Notes under the pieces: model-generated
Told to the model about the DNA's origin: nothing
The model's database searches: none
Seen by the model: only the letters and a program-made list of their open reading frames with translations
Position numbers and translations under genes: made by a program
Shown here: positions 61,632 to 64,000 of the stretch, piece after piece
How the letters are laid out: every line of letters begins with the position of its first letter
How positions within the stretch are numbered: the stretch's first letter is position 1
Assembly: GCA_947478395.1 (NCBI GenBank)
Contig: CANJVR010000001.1
Span: 448,001-512,000 of the forward strand
Origin: Opitutia bacterium
GTDB taxonomy: Bacteria; Verrucomicrobiota; Verrucomicrobiia; Opitutales; Opitutaceae
Direction of reading: 5' to 3'
DNA: 64,000 nt

Positions 61632-62870
61632 ATGACGATCGACTCCGCCGACTTGCTCGAACGTTTTCTGCGCTACGTCCAAATCGACACCCGCAGCGAT
61701 GCCCATGCAACGACCACGCCGAGCACGCCCGGCCAATGGAATCTGTTGCGGCTGCTCGCGGCCGAACTGCGCACGCTCGGCGCTGAGGAAATCACGCTCA
61801 CGCCCCACGGTTACGTCCTCGCGACGATTCCCGCGACCTCCCCTCGCCCCGTGCCGGTGATCGCTTGGTGCGCGCACGTGGACACCGCCACCAACCTGCC
61901 GGGCGCCGCGAAGCCGATCGTCCACCGCAACTATTCGGGCCAGCCGATCGTGCTCCCCGACGATCCGGCGCAACAACTCACGCTCGAAACCACGCCCCAT
62001 CTGCGCGGAGCACTGGGTCACGATCTCATCACCGCCAGCGGCACCACCCTCCTCGGCGCCGACGACAAAGCTGGCGTCGCGACGGTCATGTCCGCCGTGC
62101 GCCACCTGCTGCATCATCCCGAAATTCCGCACGGGCGCATCCGGGTGTGCTTCAATCCCGACGAGGAAATCGCCGCCGGCATGGCGCACCTCGACCTGGC
62201 CGAACTTGCCGCCAGCGTGGCGTACACGCTCGACGGCGAATCTCCGGGAGAAATCGACTACGAGACGTTTAGCGCCGACGGCGCACGGCTGGAAATCCAC
62301 GGGGTCGCCGCGCACCCTGGCTGGGCGCGTGGCACCATGATCAACGCGCTCCGCCTCGCAGGCCGGTTTCTCGCCGCGCTTCCCGCCGAGCTCTCGCCAG
62401 AGCGGACCGGTGAACGCGACGGATTTATCCATCCGGTCGAATGCAATGGCTCAGCCGAACACGCGACCGTCGAGCTGATCCTGCGCGACTTCGAACTGAC
62501 GGGCCTCGCGCAACAGCACAAGGTGCTCGAAGAAATCGTCGCCGAATTGCGCGCCGCCGCGCCCCGCGCGCAACTCAAGCTCACGTTCACCGAGCAGTAC
62601 CGCAACATGCGTTACGGTCTCGAGCGCGACATGCGTCCAGTTGAATTCGCCCGTGAAGCCCTGCTTCGGGCGGGCCTCACACCGCGGTCGCAGGCCATCC
62701 GCGGCGGCACCGATGGCTCCAACCTGACCGCGCGCGGCCTCCCCACGCCGAATCTTTTTTGCGGCATGCACGAAGTCCACAGTCCCCGCGAATGGGTCAG
62801 TTTGCAGGACATGACCAAATCGGTCGAAACCCTGGTGCACCTCTCGCAAGTGTGGGCCGAACGCGGTTAG
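61632..62870 (+). CDS. pepT: Peptidase T (M20B tripeptidase)
   Basis: ERFLRYVQIDT, AHVDT, TLLGADDKAG, PDEEI, YTLDG, IRGGTDG, GLPTPNLF. Confidence 0.94.
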   Translation: MTIDSADLLERFLRYVQIDTRSDAHATTTPSTPGQWNLLRLLAAELRTLGAEEITLTPHGYVLATIPATSPRPVPVIAWCAHVDTATNLPGAAKPIVHRNYSGQPIVLPDDPAQQLTLETTPHLRGALGHDLITASGTTLLGADDKAGVATVMSAVRHLLHHPEIPHGRIRVCFNPDEEIAAGMAHLDLAELAASVAYTLDGESPGEIDYETFSADGARLEIHGVAAHPGWARGTMINALRLAGRFLAALPAELSPERTGERDGFIHPVECNGSAEHATVELILRDFELTGLAQQHKVLEEIVAELRAAAPRAQLKLTFTEQYRNMRYGLERDMRPVEFAREALLRAGLTPRSQAIRGGTDGSNLTARGLPTPNLFCGMHEVHSPREWVSLQDMTKSVETLVHLSQVWAERG

Positions 62871-62975
62871 AGCCTGGCCGAAAAACCCTCCGCCCGCAGG
62901 TCCGCGCACTTGCGCGCGCCCTTCGACCCGGAGCGCGCGCCGGGGGCGGGGTGTCGGCCTCAACCGCCGCAAAAT

Positions 62976-64000
62976 TCAGCGCCGCACTGCCGCCGCGAGC
63001 TCCGTGAGCAAACGCTCGTTTTGCTCCGGCGTACCCACCGTGATGCGCACCCACTCCGGTAGACCGTACATCTTCACCGGCCGCACGATTACGCCCTTCG
63101 CCTGCAAAGCGCCGAACACCCGCATCCCATCGCCCACTTTCACCAAAACAAAATTCGCGGCACTCGGCACCCACTCCAATCCCAACGCGCGGAAGCCCGC
63201 CTCCAGGCGCGCCATGCCCGCGCGATTTTCCCGGGCGCATTTTTCGGCAAACTCGCCGTCGTCGAGCGCGGCGAGCGCCGCAGCTTGGGCGATCGCGTTC
63301 ACGTTGAACGGCTGGCGCACGCGATTGAGCAACGCCACCAGTTCTGCACTCGCATAGCCGTACCCGACCCGCAGCGATGCGAGCCCGTAGATCTTAGAAA
63401 ACGTGCGCAGCCCGATCACCTTTCGGCCCTCGGCGATCAAGGGCCGCAAATCCATCGCGTCGGCCGGCGCGACAAATTCCGCGTAGGCCTCGTCAAAAAC
63501 CGCGATCACATGCGGTGGCAGCGCACGAGCAAACGCCAGCAGGTCCGCCGCCGAATTGATCGTACCCGTGGGATTGTTGGGGCTGGCGACAAAGACCAGC
63601 TTCGTCCGCGGCGTGATCGCCCGCGCCATCGCCGGCAGATCGTGCGCCCAGTTCTTTAACGGCACCTCCACCACCTTCGCTCCGAACAGCAACGTCACCA
63701 GCTTGTAGACCACAAAAGCCGGACCACCGAAAACCACGTCATCGTCCGCACCGAGAAACACGTGGCCCAACAATTCGATGATCTCATTCGAGCCGTTGCC
63801 CACGACGAACTGGTCGGCACCGAGTCCGCGGACGGCGGCGAGCTTTTGCCGCAGCGCAAAGCAACCGCCGTCTGGATAGAGTTCACCGTGATCGAGCGCG
63901 TGCTTCGCGGCCGCGATCGCTCTTGGCGACGGACCCCACGGATTTTCGTTCGACGCCAGCTTGATAATACCCGCCGGGTCGAGTCCCAGCTCGCGCGCCA
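62976..64000 (-). CDS. hisC: Histidinol-phosphate transaminase, 5' end outside window
   Basis: KLASNENP, GNGSNE, PNNPTG, DEAY, RTFSKIYGLASLRVGY (PLP Lys). Confidence 0.93.
   Translation of the reverse strand, partial: ARELGLDPAGIIKLASNENPWGPSPRAIAAAKHALDHGELYPDGGCFALRQKLAAVRGLGADQFVVGNGSNEIIELLGHVFLGADDDVVFGGPAFVVYKLVTLLFGAKVVEVPLKNWAHDLPAMARAITPRTKLVFVASPNNPTGTINSAADLLAFARALPPHVIAVFDEAYAEFVAPADAMDLRPLIAEGRKVIGLRTFSKIYGLASLRVGYGYASAELVALLNRVRQPFNVNAIAQAAALAALDDGEFAEKCARENRAGMARLEAGFRALGLEWVPSAANFVLVKVGDGMRVFGALQAKGVIVRPVKMYGLPEWVRITVGTPEQNERLLTELAAAVRR

Overview
GC-rich bacterial chromosome segment. Gene content and style (DUF5069, a PVC/Bacteroidota-type ParC/ParE pair, weak Shine-Dalgarno use) suggest Opitutaceae (Verrucomicrobiota); this is an inference. 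Most of the window is housekeeping: end of oppA plus oppBC, an MsbA-like exporter, metH, a BtuB-like TonB receptor, dcp, katG, a MoxR/DUF58/Bat operon, gluQ, mog, parE/parC, glycerate kinase, NamZ, a UvrD-family helicase, a DAACS symporter, CorA, pepT and hisC. The most interesting part is a ~5.3 kb minus-strand cluster (45676-50938). It encodes a C39-peptidase ABC exporter, a HlyD adaptor, an unknown secreted protein and two double-glycine-leader peptides with acidic, Cys-free cores and no modifying enzyme. One of these peptides (50762-50938, 58 aa) is missing from the supplied ORF track. Other leads: a possible riboswitch-like leader ahead of the BtuB-like gene, a palindrome at the metH promoter, a structured leader and tandem operator ahead of a small putative DNA-binding protein, heptamer repeats inserted in frame in MetH, several palindromic intergenic repeat families, and three gene remnants. 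I saw no rRNA, tRNA, CRISPR array or intact transposase. All calls come from reading motifs by eye; no database searches were run.
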